A stretch of DNA of 42,309 nt, from the IMG/VR virus record IMGVR_UViG_638341085_000012; one strand, 5' to 3'. The notes beneath the pieces were generated by a model. The model was not told the origin of the DNA. It did not search any database and saw only the letters and a program-made list of their open reading frames with translations. The stretch is from a virus. Its lineage: Duplodnaviria; Heunggongvirae; Uroviricota; Caudoviricetes. This document shows, piece after piece, positions 31,015 to 41,376 of this stretch. Position numbers and translations under genes: made by a program. The stretch's first letter is position 1; each line of letters begins with the position of its first letter.

Positions 31015-31862
31015 TGGCTGATTCGAATCTCAATGTGCCGGTAATCATTCAGGCTACACGGCTCGACACATCAGTCCTTCCACGCAATATCTTCTCGCAG
31101 TCGTATCTGCTTTACGTTATCGCACAGGGTACTGATGTTGGTAACGTGGCTAACAAGGCCAACGAGGCCGGACAGGGCGCTTATGATGCACAAGTCAGGA
31201 ACGATGAGCAGGATGTGATTCTCGCTGACCATGAGCAGCGAATTTCTGCTGCGGAAGCAACGCTTGTTAATCATGAGGAGAGAATCAGCCAGGCAGAATC
31301 AACTCTTCAGGAACATGAAACACGAATCACTCAGAATGAAAGCGATATTGCGTCGCTTGATACCAGAGTTCAGTCGCTGGAGTCGCAGGTTTCAGACCAT
31401 GAAACGCGCATTGATGCTCTGGAGTATGCAACCACACGCAAGAAGTCAGAGGTTGTTTACTCTGGTGTATCTGTAACCATCCCGACAGCGCCGACCAACC
31501 TTGTTAGCCTGCTGAAAACGCTCACGCCGTCATCAGGCTCGTTGGCACCATTCTTCGACACCGTTAACAACAAGATGGTTGTGTTCAACGAGAACAAAAC
31601 CTTGTTCTTCAAGTTGTCGATTGTCGGCACGTGGCCCAGCGGAACCGCCAACAGGTCAATGCAGCTAACCTTTTCCGGCTCTGTCCCTGACACGCTGGTA
31701 AGCAGTCGTAATGCGGCGACAACGACCGATAACATCCTGTTAGCTACGTTCTTCAGTGTGGATAAAGACGGCTTTCTTGCCACAAATGGCAGTACGTTAA
31801 CCATTCAGTCTAATGGTGCGGCGTTTACTGCCACAACCATCAAAATCATTGCGGAGCAGTGA
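31014..31862 (+). CDS. Tail needle protein (gp26-like trimeric coiled coil with C-terminal knob), 282 aa
   Basis: Heptad-repeat region [61 protein letters not shown]; extra C-terminal domain as in Sf6-type needles. Confidence 0.7.
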   Translation: MADSNLNVPVIIQATRLDTSVLPRNIFSQSYLLYVIAQGTDVGNVANKANEAGQGAYDAQVRNDEQDVILADHEQRISAAEATLVNHEERISQAESTLQEHETRITQNESDIASLDTRVQSLESQVSDHETRIDALEYATTRKKSEVVYSGVSVTIPTAPTNLVSLLKTLTPSSGSLAPFFDTVNNKMVVFNENKTLFFKLSIVGTWPSGTANRSMQLTFSGSVPDTLVSSRNAATTTDNILLATFFSVDKDGFLATNGSTLTIQSNGAAFTATTIKIIAEQ

Positions 31863-32317
31863 TGATTCAGTTCAAACCAACGCGAAACATCGACCTTATC
31901 GAAGCAGTAGGAAATCACCCTGACATTATCGCCGGGAGCAACAACGGTGATGGATACGACTACAAACCTGATTGCCGTTACTTTGAGGTGAACGTGCACG
32001 GGCAGTTCGGCGGCATTGTTTACTATCAGGAGATTCAGCCGCTGACATTCGATTGCCACGCCATGTACCTGCCAGAGATTCGCGGCTTCAGCAAGGAAAT
32101 CGGGCTGGCGTTCTGGCGATACATTCTGACTAACACCACCGTTCAGTGCGTCACATCATTTGCTGCACGCAAATTCCGCCACGGTCAGATGTACTGCGCA
32201 ATGATTGGCCTTAAGCGTGTAGGAACCATCAAGAAATACTTCAAAGGCGTGGATGACGTGACATTTTACAGTGCTACACGCGAAGAACTAATCGAATTCC
32301 TGAATCACGGGAGATAG
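31859..32317 (+). CDS. Virion assembly protein (P22 gp14-like), 152 aa
   Basis: Synteny after the tail needle; size. Confidence 0.55.
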   Translation: MMIQFKPTRNIDLIEAVGNHPDIIAGSNNGDGYDYKPDCRYFEVNVHGQFGGIVYYQEIQPLTFDCHAMYLPEIRGFSKEIGLAFWRYILTNTTVQCVTSFAARKFRHGQMYCAMIGLKRVGTIKKYFKGVDDVTFYSATREELIEFLNHGR

Positions 32318-32319
32318 CC

Positions 32320-33012
32320 ATGTTATATGCATTTAAGCTGGGCAGAAAACTGCGCGGCGAGGAACCTTATTGCCCTGAAAAAGGCGGGAAAGGTGGCAGT
32401 TCTGATAAAAGCGCAAAGTATGCCGCAGAAGCTCAGAAGTATGCAGCAGACCTGCAAAATCAGCAGTGGCAGACGATCATGAAAAACCTTGCTCCGTTCA
32501 CGCCTCTTGCGGAGCAGTATGTTAACCAGCTTCAGAACCTTTCCAGTTTAGAAGGTCAGGGGCAGGCACTTAATCAGTATTACAACTCTCAGCAGTATAA
32601 AGACCTTGCAGGTCAGGCTCGTTACCAGAGTCTTGCTGCTGCGGAGGCTACGGGAGGACTTGGTTCGACAGCCACAAGCAATCAACTGGCTACGATCGCG
32701 CCGACTCTCGGTCAGTCTTGGTTATCAAACCAGATGAGCAATTACAACAATCTGGCAAACGTTGGGCTTGGTGCTCTGCAAGGTCAGGCAAACGCCGGGC
32801 AGACGTACGCCAACAACATGAGCAGCATTGCACAGCAAAGCGCAGCTCTTGCCGCTGCTAATGCCAACAAACCATCAAGTCTTCAGACAGCAATTAGTGG
32901 CGGAACGTCTGGTGCGATTGCCGGTGCAGGTCTTGCCAGCCTTTTGGGAACATCAACACCTTGGGGCGCTGGCATTGGTGCTGGTATCGGATTGCTTGGT
33001 TCGTTGTTTTAA
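32320..33012 (+). CDS. Ejection protein (P22 gp7-like), 230 aa
   Basis: Synteny; Gln/Ala/Gly-rich with hydrophobic C-terminus; size matches gp7. Confidence 0.6.
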   Translation: MLYAFKLGRKLRGEEPYCPEKGGKGGSSDKSAKYAAEAQKYAADLQNQQWQTIMKNLAPFTPLAEQYVNQLQNLSSLEGQGQALNQYYNSQQYKDLAGQARYQSLAAAEATGGLGSTATSNQLATIAPTLGQSWLSNQMSNYNNLANVGLGALQGQANAGQTYANNMSSIAQQSAALAAANANKPSSLQTAISGGTSGAIAGAGLASLLGTSTPWGAGIGAGIGLLGSLF

Positions 33013-33021
33013 GGGGTAATC

Positions 33022-34410
33022 ATGGCTACTTGGCAAGGATCAAATGGCGGATTGTTGGCTGGTATCGGCGGCGTCAACTCAAACGCTCCGAGCGTAAATG
33101 ACATCGGCAATACGCTTCAGCTTATCAGGCAGAACAATGATATTGAGCGTTCAGGCGCTAACAATGTTGGGCTGACTGCTTTGCAAGGCCTTTCAGGTAT
33201 TGCGGGGGTGTTTCAGCAGGAAAAGCAGGCTCAGCGGCAGAAAGAATTTCAGCAGGCATACGCTAATGCTTATGCGTCTGGTGATCGCGGTGCTTTGCGT
33301 CAGTTGGCTACTCAATATCCAGACCAGATTGAATCCGTTCGTAAAGGCATGGGATTCATTGATGAAGACCAGCGCAATTCTATCGGCACCTTAGCGGCTG
33401 GCGCACGCCTTGCGGCCTCGTCTCCAGAAGCAATGCAATCATGGCTGCAAAACAACGCCAATGAGCTGGCGCGCGTCGGTGTTGACCCTAATAACGTTGC
33501 TCAGATGTATCAGCAGAATCCTTCAGGATTTGGTGAGTTTGTTGATCACCTTGGGATGGCTGCTCTTGGTCCTATTGATTACTTCAATGTTCAGGACAAG
33601 ATGGCAGGTCGTGAGATTGACCGAGGCAGGCTGGCAGAGACAATCCGCAGCAATCAGGCTGGCGAGGCGCTAACAGCACGAGGCCAGAACATCACGATGC
33701 GCGGTCAGGACTTATCTGCTTCTACTGCGAGACGCGGGCAGGATTTGGCAATGCAGCGAGCGTCAACAAGAGGAACCGCTGGGAATGATGAGCGTACAGT
33801 TCAGTTATCAGATGGCAGAACTGTAACGGTAGGCGGGAAACTTCACGGCGCTGGGGCTAATGCGTTCTACGAAGGCATCGACAACGAGGGGAATATGGTT
33901 CGCGTTCCTGCCAGTTCAATCGCAGCGCCTGCAACATCGTCTGCATCAGCACAAAACTATGCCATGAAGAAGGATATCGACGCGATCGCAAATGCAGATG
34001 CTTCTGCTCTCGATTTCATGACAGGAATGACCGGCGGCGCAGGTAACCCGGCAATTGGTGCTGATGTTCGCAGCCGATTAACAGGAAAAGAGCAGCGCCA
34101 GTTATATAACTCAGCACAACGTATTCAGGGCAGAATGCAGAATCAGGGTGTGGCGGCAGCAAGGGACATGGGTGCCAGTGGTATTAACACCGTTGCAGAA
34201 GCGAAGATGTATTTTCAGGGGATGCCGCAGGTTGACTATTCAAGTCCGGAGGCTATGCAGCAGTCGATTCGTGAAATTCAGGAATACACCAACAATTACA
34301 ACCAACAATATAACGTTAATGTTGGTAAATCTCAGCGGAAGCAATCTCAACCTGCACAGGTATCACAGCCAGCAGCCAGCAGTAACTTTTCTTCACTATG
34401 GGGTGATTAA
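33022..34410 (+). CDS. Ejection protein (P22 gp20-like), 462 aa
   Basis: Synteny and size. Confidence 0.6.
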   Translation: MATWQGSNGGLLAGIGGVNSNAPSVNDIGNTLQLIRQNNDIERSGANNVGLTALQGLSGIAGVFQQEKQAQRQKEFQQAYANAYASGDRGALRQLATQYPDQIESVRKGMGFIDEDQRNSIGTLAAGARLAASSPEAMQSWLQNNANELARVGVDPNNVAQMYQQNPSGFGEFVDHLGMAALGPIDYFNVQDKMAGREIDRGRLAETIRSNQAGEALTARGQNITMRGQDLSASTARRGQDLAMQRASTRGTAGNDERTVQLSDGRTVTVGGKLHGAGANAFYEGIDNEGNMVRVPASSIAAPATSSASAQNYAMKKDIDAIANADASALDFMTGMTGGAGNPAIGADVRSRLTGKEQRQLYNSAQRIQGRMQNQGVAAARDMGASGINTVAEAKMYFQGMPQVDYSSPEAMQQSIREIQEYTNNYNQQYNVNVGKSQRKQSQPAQVSQPAASSNFSSLWGD

Positions 34411-36407
34411 TGGCTAAAGCATGGAAAGATGTTATCGCCTCTCCACAGTATCAGGCGTTAGCACCAGAACAAAAAGCGCAGGCTCAGGAGCAATACTTCA
34501 ATGAAGTCGTGGCCCCGCAAGCCGGAGAAAATGCAGAGCAGGCTAAGCAAGCTTTCTATGCTGCCTATCCATTGCCATCTGTGCAGCCAGTGGATACACA
34601 ACAACCAGTAGCACAGCAACAACCACAGCAAAGTGGATTTATGTCTGATCTTGGTGAAGCAGTAAAAGAGACTGGTCGTGGACTGGTGCAGGCTGGCGTG
34701 AACGTGGCAAACATACCTGCATCAGTTGCCGATGCTGTAACAAGCGCGGCGGCTTGGGCTGGCGGTAAACTCGGCATTGGCGATGGTACATATCAACCAG
34801 CGCCACGAGTAACAACGCAGGGATTAGAGCAGGACTTTGGCCTTCAGCAAGGTGCGCTGACTCCACAAACGACAGAGGGAAGGGTATTTGCTGAAGCATT
34901 GCCTTACCTCACTCCTGCTGGCGTTGAGAGAGCGGCGGTACAGGCACCAACACTTGCTGGTCGAATTGCTCAGGGGGCAACTCGCCTTCTCGCAGAAAAC
35001 GCAGTTGGATCACTTGCTGCAAACAGTATGAAAGATGATGCGGAAGCACTCGCTACCGATTTAGGCGTTGGTGTGCTGGCTGGCGGTGCTATTAACGCTG
35101 CCGGACGTGGATTAGGTGCTGCTTATCGTGGCGTTCGTGGTGCTATTGCGCCAGAAGCGCAGCAGGCTATCAGATTTGCAGAGCGTGAAGGAGTTCCTCT
35201 GCACACAACAGACCTGTTACAACCAACTTCCCGCGTCGGAAAAATGGCGCAGACTACAGCAGAAAATATCCCTCTGGCTGGAACAAGCGGAATGAGAGCA
35301 ACGCAACAGGAAGCGAGAAGCCAGTTGGTGCAGAGATTTGCCGATAAATTCGGTGAGTATGATCCAGCGGTTGTTATTGACAGCCTTAAAGCGAAAACAT
35401 CAGGAATTCGGCGTGCCGCCGGTAATCGACTGGAGCAGGTTCAGAATGCTATGGCTGGAGTAAACATTCAGCCTGCGCGAGCAATTCAGCAGATTGATAC
35501 TGAGATATCTAATCTGCAGAAGCTTGGTAAGGTGGCTGATAACGAGACTATTTCAAAACTTCAGTCCTATCGTGATGAGCTTGTTCGCAATGCTGGTCCT
35601 GATGGTCCGGTAAATCTGGATTTGAAGCAATTAAGCGATCTGCGCAGCCAGTTCAGAATGGACGTGAAGGGGGAACGACCAGTGTTACCAAACCGTTCCG
35701 ATGCTGCCATTCAGCGCGTTTACAAGGCAATGACAGACGATATCAATGGTGCCATTGGTCAGAATCTTGGCAACGATACTCTTCGTAAATATCAGCAGGC
35801 CAATGCCGTCTACGCTGACGAAGCGGCGAAACTAAAGAATACCAGGCTGAAGAATGTTCTCATGAAAGGCGACCTGACGCCGGAAGTTGTCAACAACATG
35901 CTATTCAGCAAGAACAAATCGGAAATTAAGACGCTGTATAACTCAGTTGGTCGTGTTGGCAGGGCGCAAATGCGCAATGGCATCATTGGAAAGGCGATGG
36001 AGAAATCAGGTGGTTCCCCTGACCAGTTCCTTCGACAGCTTAACACCCTGCAAAACCAGACTGGCATCACATTTAAGGGGCAGGACGCTGCTTATCTGAA
36101 AGGATTGAAAAATTACCTTCAGTCCACTCAGCAGGCAGCAAAAGCGGCAGTAACAACACCAACAGGGCAGCAAACCATCCCGTTCATTATCGGGTATGGG
36201 ACGGCAATGAACCCGGCGACAACTGGCGCAGCAGTAAGCTACGGACTTCTTACTCGCGCCTATGAGAGCGAATCATTCAGAAATGCAATGCTCCGAATGG
36301 CAAACACCCCACGCGGATCAACAGCGTTTGAGAAAGCCATGCAGCAGGCGCAGAAGGCCATTAACGCCCTGACTCAAGGTGCCAAGTCTGATGCGTTGTC
36401 AGAATAG
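34410..36407 (+). CDS. Ejection protein (P22 gp16-like), 665 aa
   Basis: Synteny and size. Confidence 0.6.
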   Translation: MAKAWKDVIASPQYQALAPEQKAQAQEQYFNEVVAPQAGENAEQAKQAFYAAYPLPSVQPVDTQQPVAQQQPQQSGFMSDLGEAVKETGRGLVQAGVNVANIPASVADAVTSAAAWAGGKLGIGDGTYQPAPRVTTQGLEQDFGLQQGALTPQTTEGRVFAEALPYLTPAGVERAAVQAPTLAGRIAQGATRLLAENAVGSLAANSMKDDAEALATDLGVGVLAGGAINAAGRGLGAAYRGVRGAIAPEAQQAIRFAEREGVPLHTTDLLQPTSRVGKMAQTTAENIPLAGTSGMRATQQEARSQLVQRFADKFGEYDPAVVIDSLKAKTSGIRRAAGNRLEQVQNAMAGVNIQPARAIQQIDTEISNLQKLGKVADNETISKLQSYRDELVRNAGPDGPVNLDLKQLSDLRSQFRMDVKGERPVLPNRSDAAIQRVYKAMTDDINGAIGQNLGNDTLRKYQQANAVYADEAAKLKNTRLKNVLMKGDLTPEVVNNMLFSKNKSEIKTLYNSVGRVGRAQMRNGIIGKAMEKSGGSPDQFLRQLNTLQNQTGITFKGQDAAYLKGLKNYLQSTQQAAKAAVTTPTGQQTIPFIIGYGTAMNPATTGAAVSYGLLTRAYESESFRNAMLRMANTPRGSTAFEKAMQQAQKAINALTQGAKSDALSE

Positions 36408-36497
36408 CTTCGCAAACACCAGGAACGTGCAAAAACCAAATATGTAGAACGCGAGGTTTATCGTACCACTCTGCATAGGCGATACCTTTGCTGATTG

Positions 36498-36983
36498 TTA
36501 TCTTATGTTACTGCTACTGTTGCATGTTACTGTATTCCCAAACCCTGAATTGCAGTTTGTGTAAGTGTCAACGCGTGTTGGATAGGGTTGAGTTATAACA
36601 GGCTGTCTCGCTTTTTGCTCGATCGCTTGCATTGTGTTTACAGCCTGATAATTCAATAAAGCCTGCTGGAATGCTTGGCTTTGCGCTATTTGTTGGGCTT
36701 GTTCTTGGCTTTGTAATTGAACATAAAGATTTTGAAGCTCAAGTCTTGCCTGTACGTCACTTATCTTACCTTCATCAACGCCTTGCCCGAGCATCTTTGC
36801 AGCAAGGACATACAGCTTAGGTGTTGGTGCAGATGCCATGCGTGAGTCGTTCTTCACACTGGCATCAAGGCAATTAGCCATATCGCTAAGCCTTTGATAG
36901 CGTTGTTCGCAACTTGCTTGATAGTCACTTACTTTTGCGCATCCAACCAGCAGAAGCGGGATAATTAACAGTGATTTTTTCAT
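36498..36983 (-). CDS. Lipoprotein of unknown function, 161 aa
   Basis: Signal peptide with lipobox MKKSLLIIPLLLVGC; AGGAG SD; downstream of mnt in the same orientation; Gln-rich C-terminal half. Confidence 0.6.
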   Translation of the reverse strand: MKKSLLIIPLLLVGCAKVSDYQASCEQRYQRLSDMANCLDASVKNDSRMASAPTPKLYVLAAKMLGQGVDEGKISDVQARLELQNLYVQLQSQEQAQQIAQSQAFQQALLNYQAVNTMQAIEQKARQPVITQPYPTRVDTYTNCNSGFGNTVTCNSSSNIR

Positions 36984-37053
36984 ATGGTTAACTCTCCTTA
37001 GTTTTTCACAGGATATCATGAAGGCAATGCCATTTTATCCGGAAACTAGATTT

Positions 37054-37353
37054 CTATGTTTCCTTTTTATTATTGCTATACATGGTCTTAAGCGTTTCAA
37101 AAACCATTTTCTTAACCATATCAGATTGTTGTTCTGCCATACGCTCTGCATCGTCAATGTAAACTGATGCAGAGCTTTGTTTATCCAATGATTCTTCAAT
37201 CGCTGCAATTATCTCTGAGTTCAGCGACCTGTTATTCATCTTCGCACGCTGCTTAATTTTCGCGTGGAGTTCATGCGGAAGTCTCAAGTGAAACTGCGCC
37301 TCGTCGTATTTGCTGTACATCCTTGATGCCTCACCAGTTGGGTGGAATGGCAT
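37054..37353 (-). CDS. mnt: Mnt-like ribbon-helix-helix repressor, 99 aa
   Basis: FHLRLPHELHAKIKQRAKMNNRSLNSEIIAAIEESL and C-terminal DDAERMAEQQSDMVKKMVFETLK resemble recalled P22 Mnt. Confidence 0.7.
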   Translation of the reverse strand: MPFHPTGEASRMYSKYDEAQFHLRLPHELHAKIKQRAKMNNRSLNSEIIAAIEESLDKQSSASVYIDDAERMAEQQSDMVKKMVFETLKTMYSNNKKET

Positions 37354-37441
37354 CGTAACTTACTGGATAAATACTCAATAGTACCATTTCGGTATGCAAT
37401 CACATCATGGTTGCATCATATCATTCGTCTGGAGCAATGAA

Positions 37442-39826
37442 ATGTCAGATATCACCGCAAATGTTGTGGTAAGCATGCCTTCTCAACTCTTCACTATGGC
37501 TCGTTCTTTTAAAGCGGTTGCCAATGGCAAAATTTATATCGGTAAAATTGACACTGACCCGGTAAATCCTGAAAACCAGATTCAGGTTTATGTGGAAAAC
37601 GAAGACGGTTCTCAAGTTCCTGTTTCTCAACCAATCATCATTAACGCTGCTGGTTATCCGGTATATAACGGACAGATTGCCAAATTCGTTACCGTGCAAG
37701 GCCATTCTATGGCTGTTTATGATGCATATGGTGCTAAGCAGTTCTATTTTCCTAATGTGCTGAAGTATGATCCATCATCAAAGTTTTCCTACCTTGATAT
37801 AAACTTATTAAATCTTTGGGATAAATACAGTAAACTTCCTGGATATAATTTAATTGGATATTTCAAACCAGGAGTAACAATAAATAACCCATGCGATGTT
37901 GTATTTCATCTTGATAGCGCAACCGTTTATAGATATACAGCAACCATACCGCACACCATAACCAGTGATGAAGAACCATCAGGATTTTGGCTGCCAGTAA
38001 AAGAAGGCATTGAAGCTGCATCTTCTGATGATATGACGAGGCTGATATCAGAGGGGCATTACATCATTGATAAAAATGCCGACTTTATCATTCCAGGACA
38101 AATAACCAACTCATATAATAGGGCGGATAGAAGTTTTTCTGATGGATATCAATATCGCTACGGCGGAATAAAACATCAGAAACAACCGTTCGGAGTTTTT
38201 GAAGATGCATGTGTTTTTACAGCAGTGGCTGCTACTCGTGAAGCTGAGCATTTCACTGGTATTTTAGGTGCTGGAACTGGGCAATCATTAGCGCAATATG
38301 GCAGTGTCGATACTTCAGCCACGTATTTCGAAAACACAGCATTACCTCCAGTATATACGATAACTGGCGCTACTTTTAACTCAACAGGGGCATCAGGCAT
38401 CAATATTGACACAAAAAAAATTAAGCTGAATATGGTTGCGGTAGTTATCGGAACATCACAAACATGGTTTGGTCTTATTCGCTCCTTTAATTCGTCAAGT
38501 ATCACTGTTGATGGGTGGTATGAAAAAACTTCAGGAACCTTGAGCATACCGTCAGGCACTCTTTATATCTCGCCAGTATATCGTGTATGGGGGAATAATA
38601 CTGTAGTAACAATTCCTGAAAATTCTTCTGCTTCATCTGCAGTTGGCATGGAGGTCATGCTTAATTTGTATAAGGATGGAAGTGGTATTGATAGTCAAGT
38701 TTATAAAGCGATAAATAATAATGCGTTTAATCCCGATGAGATTGTGGATAGCGCATACCAGGCGGTAGGTAAGTTTGGCAAGGCGCATGATGTCTGGCCT
38801 GGTTCGACATATTCTTATCGTTCATGGGGTGCTACATCATATGGGTTCTTCTCAGACCACGATCAGTCCGGTATCAAAATTCTAACCCCTAATGATGCCG
38901 CTTTTGTACTGGCATCACAGGTAGGGGGTGTCGGGGCGGAGACTAACGTGCTGATTATCGACCCCGCTGGAAGTATCATACAAACAAACCAGAAAGCGGT
39001 AAATGAAGTGGCTGCGCAGTTTGGGGCAAACGGAGCTTCTGGGGTGACAATACGTCAGCAGTCAGGTGGTGGAGCAAGTAACACAGACGCTGTTATGTAT
39101 GTTGGCGCGTCAACAGAGACAGGCAGAAGTATAAACTGCGCTGGAACTATTAACACTTCAGGTGCTGACTACGCGGAATACGTGGAAAAATCTGAAGCTT
39201 GTGGATGTATTTCACCTGGTGATATTTGTGGAATTAACTCAGCCGGGAAAATAACTGATAAATTTGATGATTCAATAAGATTCGTTATTAAGAGCACAGA
39301 ACCAAGCATGGTTGGAGGAGATACTTGGTCTTCTCTTGAACGCCCAAAATATCCAAGCGAAGAGTGGGTAGCCTGGGACAAAGCCATTCGTAAAAAAAAG
39401 CCAAACAAACCAGACAAAAAAATAATTAATAATCTGATTAAGGGTGGTGTTGATGAGGATGAAGCAAAAAAACAATATTCAAAAATGATGGAGTCATACC
39501 AAAAGGAACATGAGCTATGGTCAATAACTATTGATTCTCTAATGAAATCAGAACCTAGTAAAGAGAGCAAAGAATATAAGGAATGGTTGAGAAAAACAGA
39601 GGAAATTCGCAGAAATTTTGACAGAGTTGCTTTCTGTGGTCGAGTCCCTGTAAATGTTAAAGGAGGAAAGCCAGGAGATTATTTAATACCAATCAAGGGT
39701 GGCGATGGTAAGATAAGTGGTTGCTTTGTATCTAATCCAGATTTCAATCAATTTAAATTGTCAGTAGGCAGGGTTTGGAATGTTGATAATCATGGGTTGG
39801 TAACTGTTTCTGTATTAATGATCTAG
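37442..39826 (+). CDS. Tailspike protein: P22 gp9-type N-terminal particle-binding domain fused to an unrelated receptor-binding region, 794 aa
   Basis: First ~115 aa ([43 protein letters not shown]...[13 protein letters not shown]...VLKYDP) match the recalled P22 tailspike head-binding domain; GGAG SD before ATG 37442. Confidence 0.85.
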   Translation: MSDITANVVVSMPSQLFTMARSFKAVANGKIYIGKIDTDPVNPENQIQVYVENEDGSQVPVSQPIIINAAGYPVYNGQIAKFVTVQGHSMAVYDAYGAKQFYFPNVLKYDPSSKFSYLDINLLNLWDKYSKLPGYNLIGYFKPGVTINNPCDVVFHLDSATVYRYTATIPHTITSDEEPSGFWLPVKEGIEAASSDDMTRLISEGHYIIDKNADFIIPGQITNSYNRADRSFSDGYQYRYGGIKHQKQPFGVFEDACVFTAVAATREAEHFTGILGAGTGQSLAQYGSVDTSATYFENTALPPVYTITGATFNSTGASGINIDTKKIKLNMVAVVIGTSQTWFGLIRSFNSSSITVDGWYEKTSGTLSIPSGTLYISPVYRVWGNNTVVTIPENSSASSAVGMEVMLNLYKDGSGIDSQVYKAINNNAFNPDEIVDSAYQAVGKFGKAHDVWPGSTYSYRSWGATSYGFFSDHDQSGIKILTPNDAAFVLASQVGGVGAETNVLIIDPAGSIIQTNQKAVNEVAAQFGANGASGVTIRQQSGGGASNTDAVMYVGASTETGRSINCAGTINTSGADYAEYVEKSEACGCISPGDICGINSAGKITDKFDDSIRFVIKSTEPSMVGGDTWSSLERPKYPSEEWVAWDKAIRKKKPNKPDKKIINNLIKGGVDEDEAKKQYSKMMESYQKEHELWSITIDSLMKSEPSKESKEYKEWLRKTEEIRRNFDRVAFCGRVPVNVKGGKPGDYLIPIKGGDGKISGCFVSNPDFNQFKLSVGRVWNVDNHGLVTVSVLMI

Positions 39827-39852
39827 AAATTTTATTTTAAACTGAGACAAAC

Positions 39853-39880
39853 AAAGCCTTGCACTGGATTGCAAGGCTTT
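39853..39880. terminator. Bidirectional rho-independent terminator between tailspike and integrase
   Basis: AAAGCCTTGCA-CTGGAT-TGCAAGGCTTT with T/A-rich flanks on both strands. Confidence 0.6.
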
Positions 39881-39907
39881 GTGCTCTTCGATAGTGGTTA
39901 AGGAGGA

Positions 39908-41065
39908 TTACTCCACCTTCCCATCAAGCCAGTCCGCCCACCACTGCATCATTTCTCTGCGCTTATCGAGATACTGAGCATGGTTGTAAATCCCACGCAC
40001 AGATCCGCCGTTGGCATGTGCCAGTTGCACTTCAATAGCGTCAGCAGGCCATTCGTGCTCGTTCATAATCGTGCTGAATTCATGCCTGAATCCGTGACCG
40101 CTTTCCAGACCTTCATAGCCGATTTGTTTGATCACAAGCAGTACAGCGTTCTCGCAAATTGGCTTCTTCTTATCGTTGCGCCCGGCAAAAACAAACTCTG
40201 ATACTGGTTTGGTGATTGAGCTTAGCGTAGTGAGAAGTTCAACTACCTGGTCTGACATAGGAACCACATGAATTTTGCGTCCCTTCATCACACTGGCGTC
40301 GATGGTGATAATCCTGTTTTCAAAATCGACGTTCTTCCATAGCATGGAACGAAGCTCTTTCGTTCTTAGGGCTGTGTAGCGTAAAACTTTGGTCGCAATG
40401 AGCGATACGATACTTCCTGAAAATGTTGCCAGTGCTTTGTTGAATGCCGGGATCTGGTCTGCAGGAAGAAACGGGAAGTTCTTCTTGCGGTATCCCTTCA
40501 TGGCGTCAGCAAGGTCAGGTGCCGGGTTATATTTAGCCCTACCAGTGACAATAGCGTAACGGAAAACCTCGCCGCATCTTCTGCGGGCTTTGTTGGCTCG
40601 CTCCATTGCACCTCGATCTTCAAATCTGCGGATTACTTCCAGCAGTTGCATCGGCTCAATATCCTGAATTTCAAGGCCGCCGATGATAGGTAAAATGTCG
40701 TCATCAAACATTTTTGCAAGTTCATTTGCATAGCCTACTGACCAGACTTGCTTCTTGTGCTCGTACCATTCCTTGTAAATGGCGCTAAAGGAATTGTTGT
40801 TAGACGAAGCCTTTTTCGCCTTTACCGGATCGATGCCAACCGAGATGTCTTTCCTCGCAGTCCATGCTTTATCCCTTGCCTCCTGCAAAGTAATAAGCGG
40901 ATATTTTCCGACGGTCAGGATTTTCTCCTTACCGTCAATCTTGTAGCGAAGCTGCCATACCTTTTTCCCTGACACAGGGACATAAAGGTACAGGCCATTA
41001 CCATCGAGTAGGCGGTATGGTTTTTCTTTCGGCTTTGCTGCTTCAATCTGCTTAACGGTGAGCAT
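39908..41065 (-). CDS. intS: Tyrosine integrase IntS (KplE1/CPS-53 type), 385 aa
   Basis: Matches recalled E. coli IntS from MLTVKQIEAAKPKEKPYRLLDGNGLYLYVP...; the ORF could extend 12 codons upstream to 41101; adjacent to argW. Confidence 0.9.
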   Translation of the reverse strand: MLTVKQIEAAKPKEKPYRLLDGNGLYLYVPVSGKKVWQLRYKIDGKEKILTVGKYPLITLQEARDKAWTARKDISVGIDPVKAKKASSNNNSFSAIYKEWYEHKKQVWSVGYANELAKMFDDDILPIIGGLEIQDIEPMQLLEVIRRFEDRGAMERANKARRRCGEVFRYAIVTGRAKYNPAPDLADAMKGYRKKNFPFLPADQIPAFNKALATFSGSIVSLIATKVLRYTALRTKELRSMLWKNVDFENRIITIDASVMKGRKIHVVPMSDQVVELLTTLSSITKPVSEFVFAGRNDKKKPICENAVLLVIKQIGYEGLESGHGFRHEFSTIMNEHEWPADAIEVQLAHANGGSVRGIYNHAQYLDKRREMMQWWADWLDGKVE

Positions 41066-41226
41066 GGGTAAAAATCCGGTGGGTAAAATTATTTTATCCA
41101 CTTTTTACCCGTCATGGAGTGCGGCTGTCAACGATCTGACGCGAACCATTACGAACTGTGAATCTACGGAAGGCTTGATATTCAGGGGATTTTGCGGACT
41201 GGTACGGATGGGAGCGAACTGATAAA

Positions 41227-41241
41227 TGGTGTCCCCTGCAG
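41227..41241. repeat. attL core: 15-bp direct repeat (3' end of argW)
   Basis: Identical to 1689..1703. Confidence 0.8.
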
Positions 41242-41301
41242 GAATCGAACCTGCAATTAGCCCTTAGGAGGGGCTCGTTATATCCATTTAACTAAGAGGA
41301 C
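41227..41301 (-). tRNA. argW: tRNA-Arg (anticodon CCU), 75 nt
   Basis: Reverse complement reads GTCCTCTTAGTTAAATGGATATAACGAGCCCCTCCTAAGGGCTAATTGCAGGTTCGATTCCTGCAGGGGACACCA. Confidence 0.9.
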
Positions 41302-41376
41302 AATGCGGCATGAGTATACCCGCTAATGGACTGCGGGGTAAGTACGCTGCCGCTCGATTGCTTAAACCCTCGCCAT

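Noticed and set aside
39908-41101. Integrase start at the first in-frame ATG (397 aa, MDKIILPTGFLPMLTVKQ...)
   Set aside because: Recalled IntS begins at MLTVKQ, 12 codons downstream, so I annotated 41065 as the start. The longer form cannot be excluded from sequence alone.
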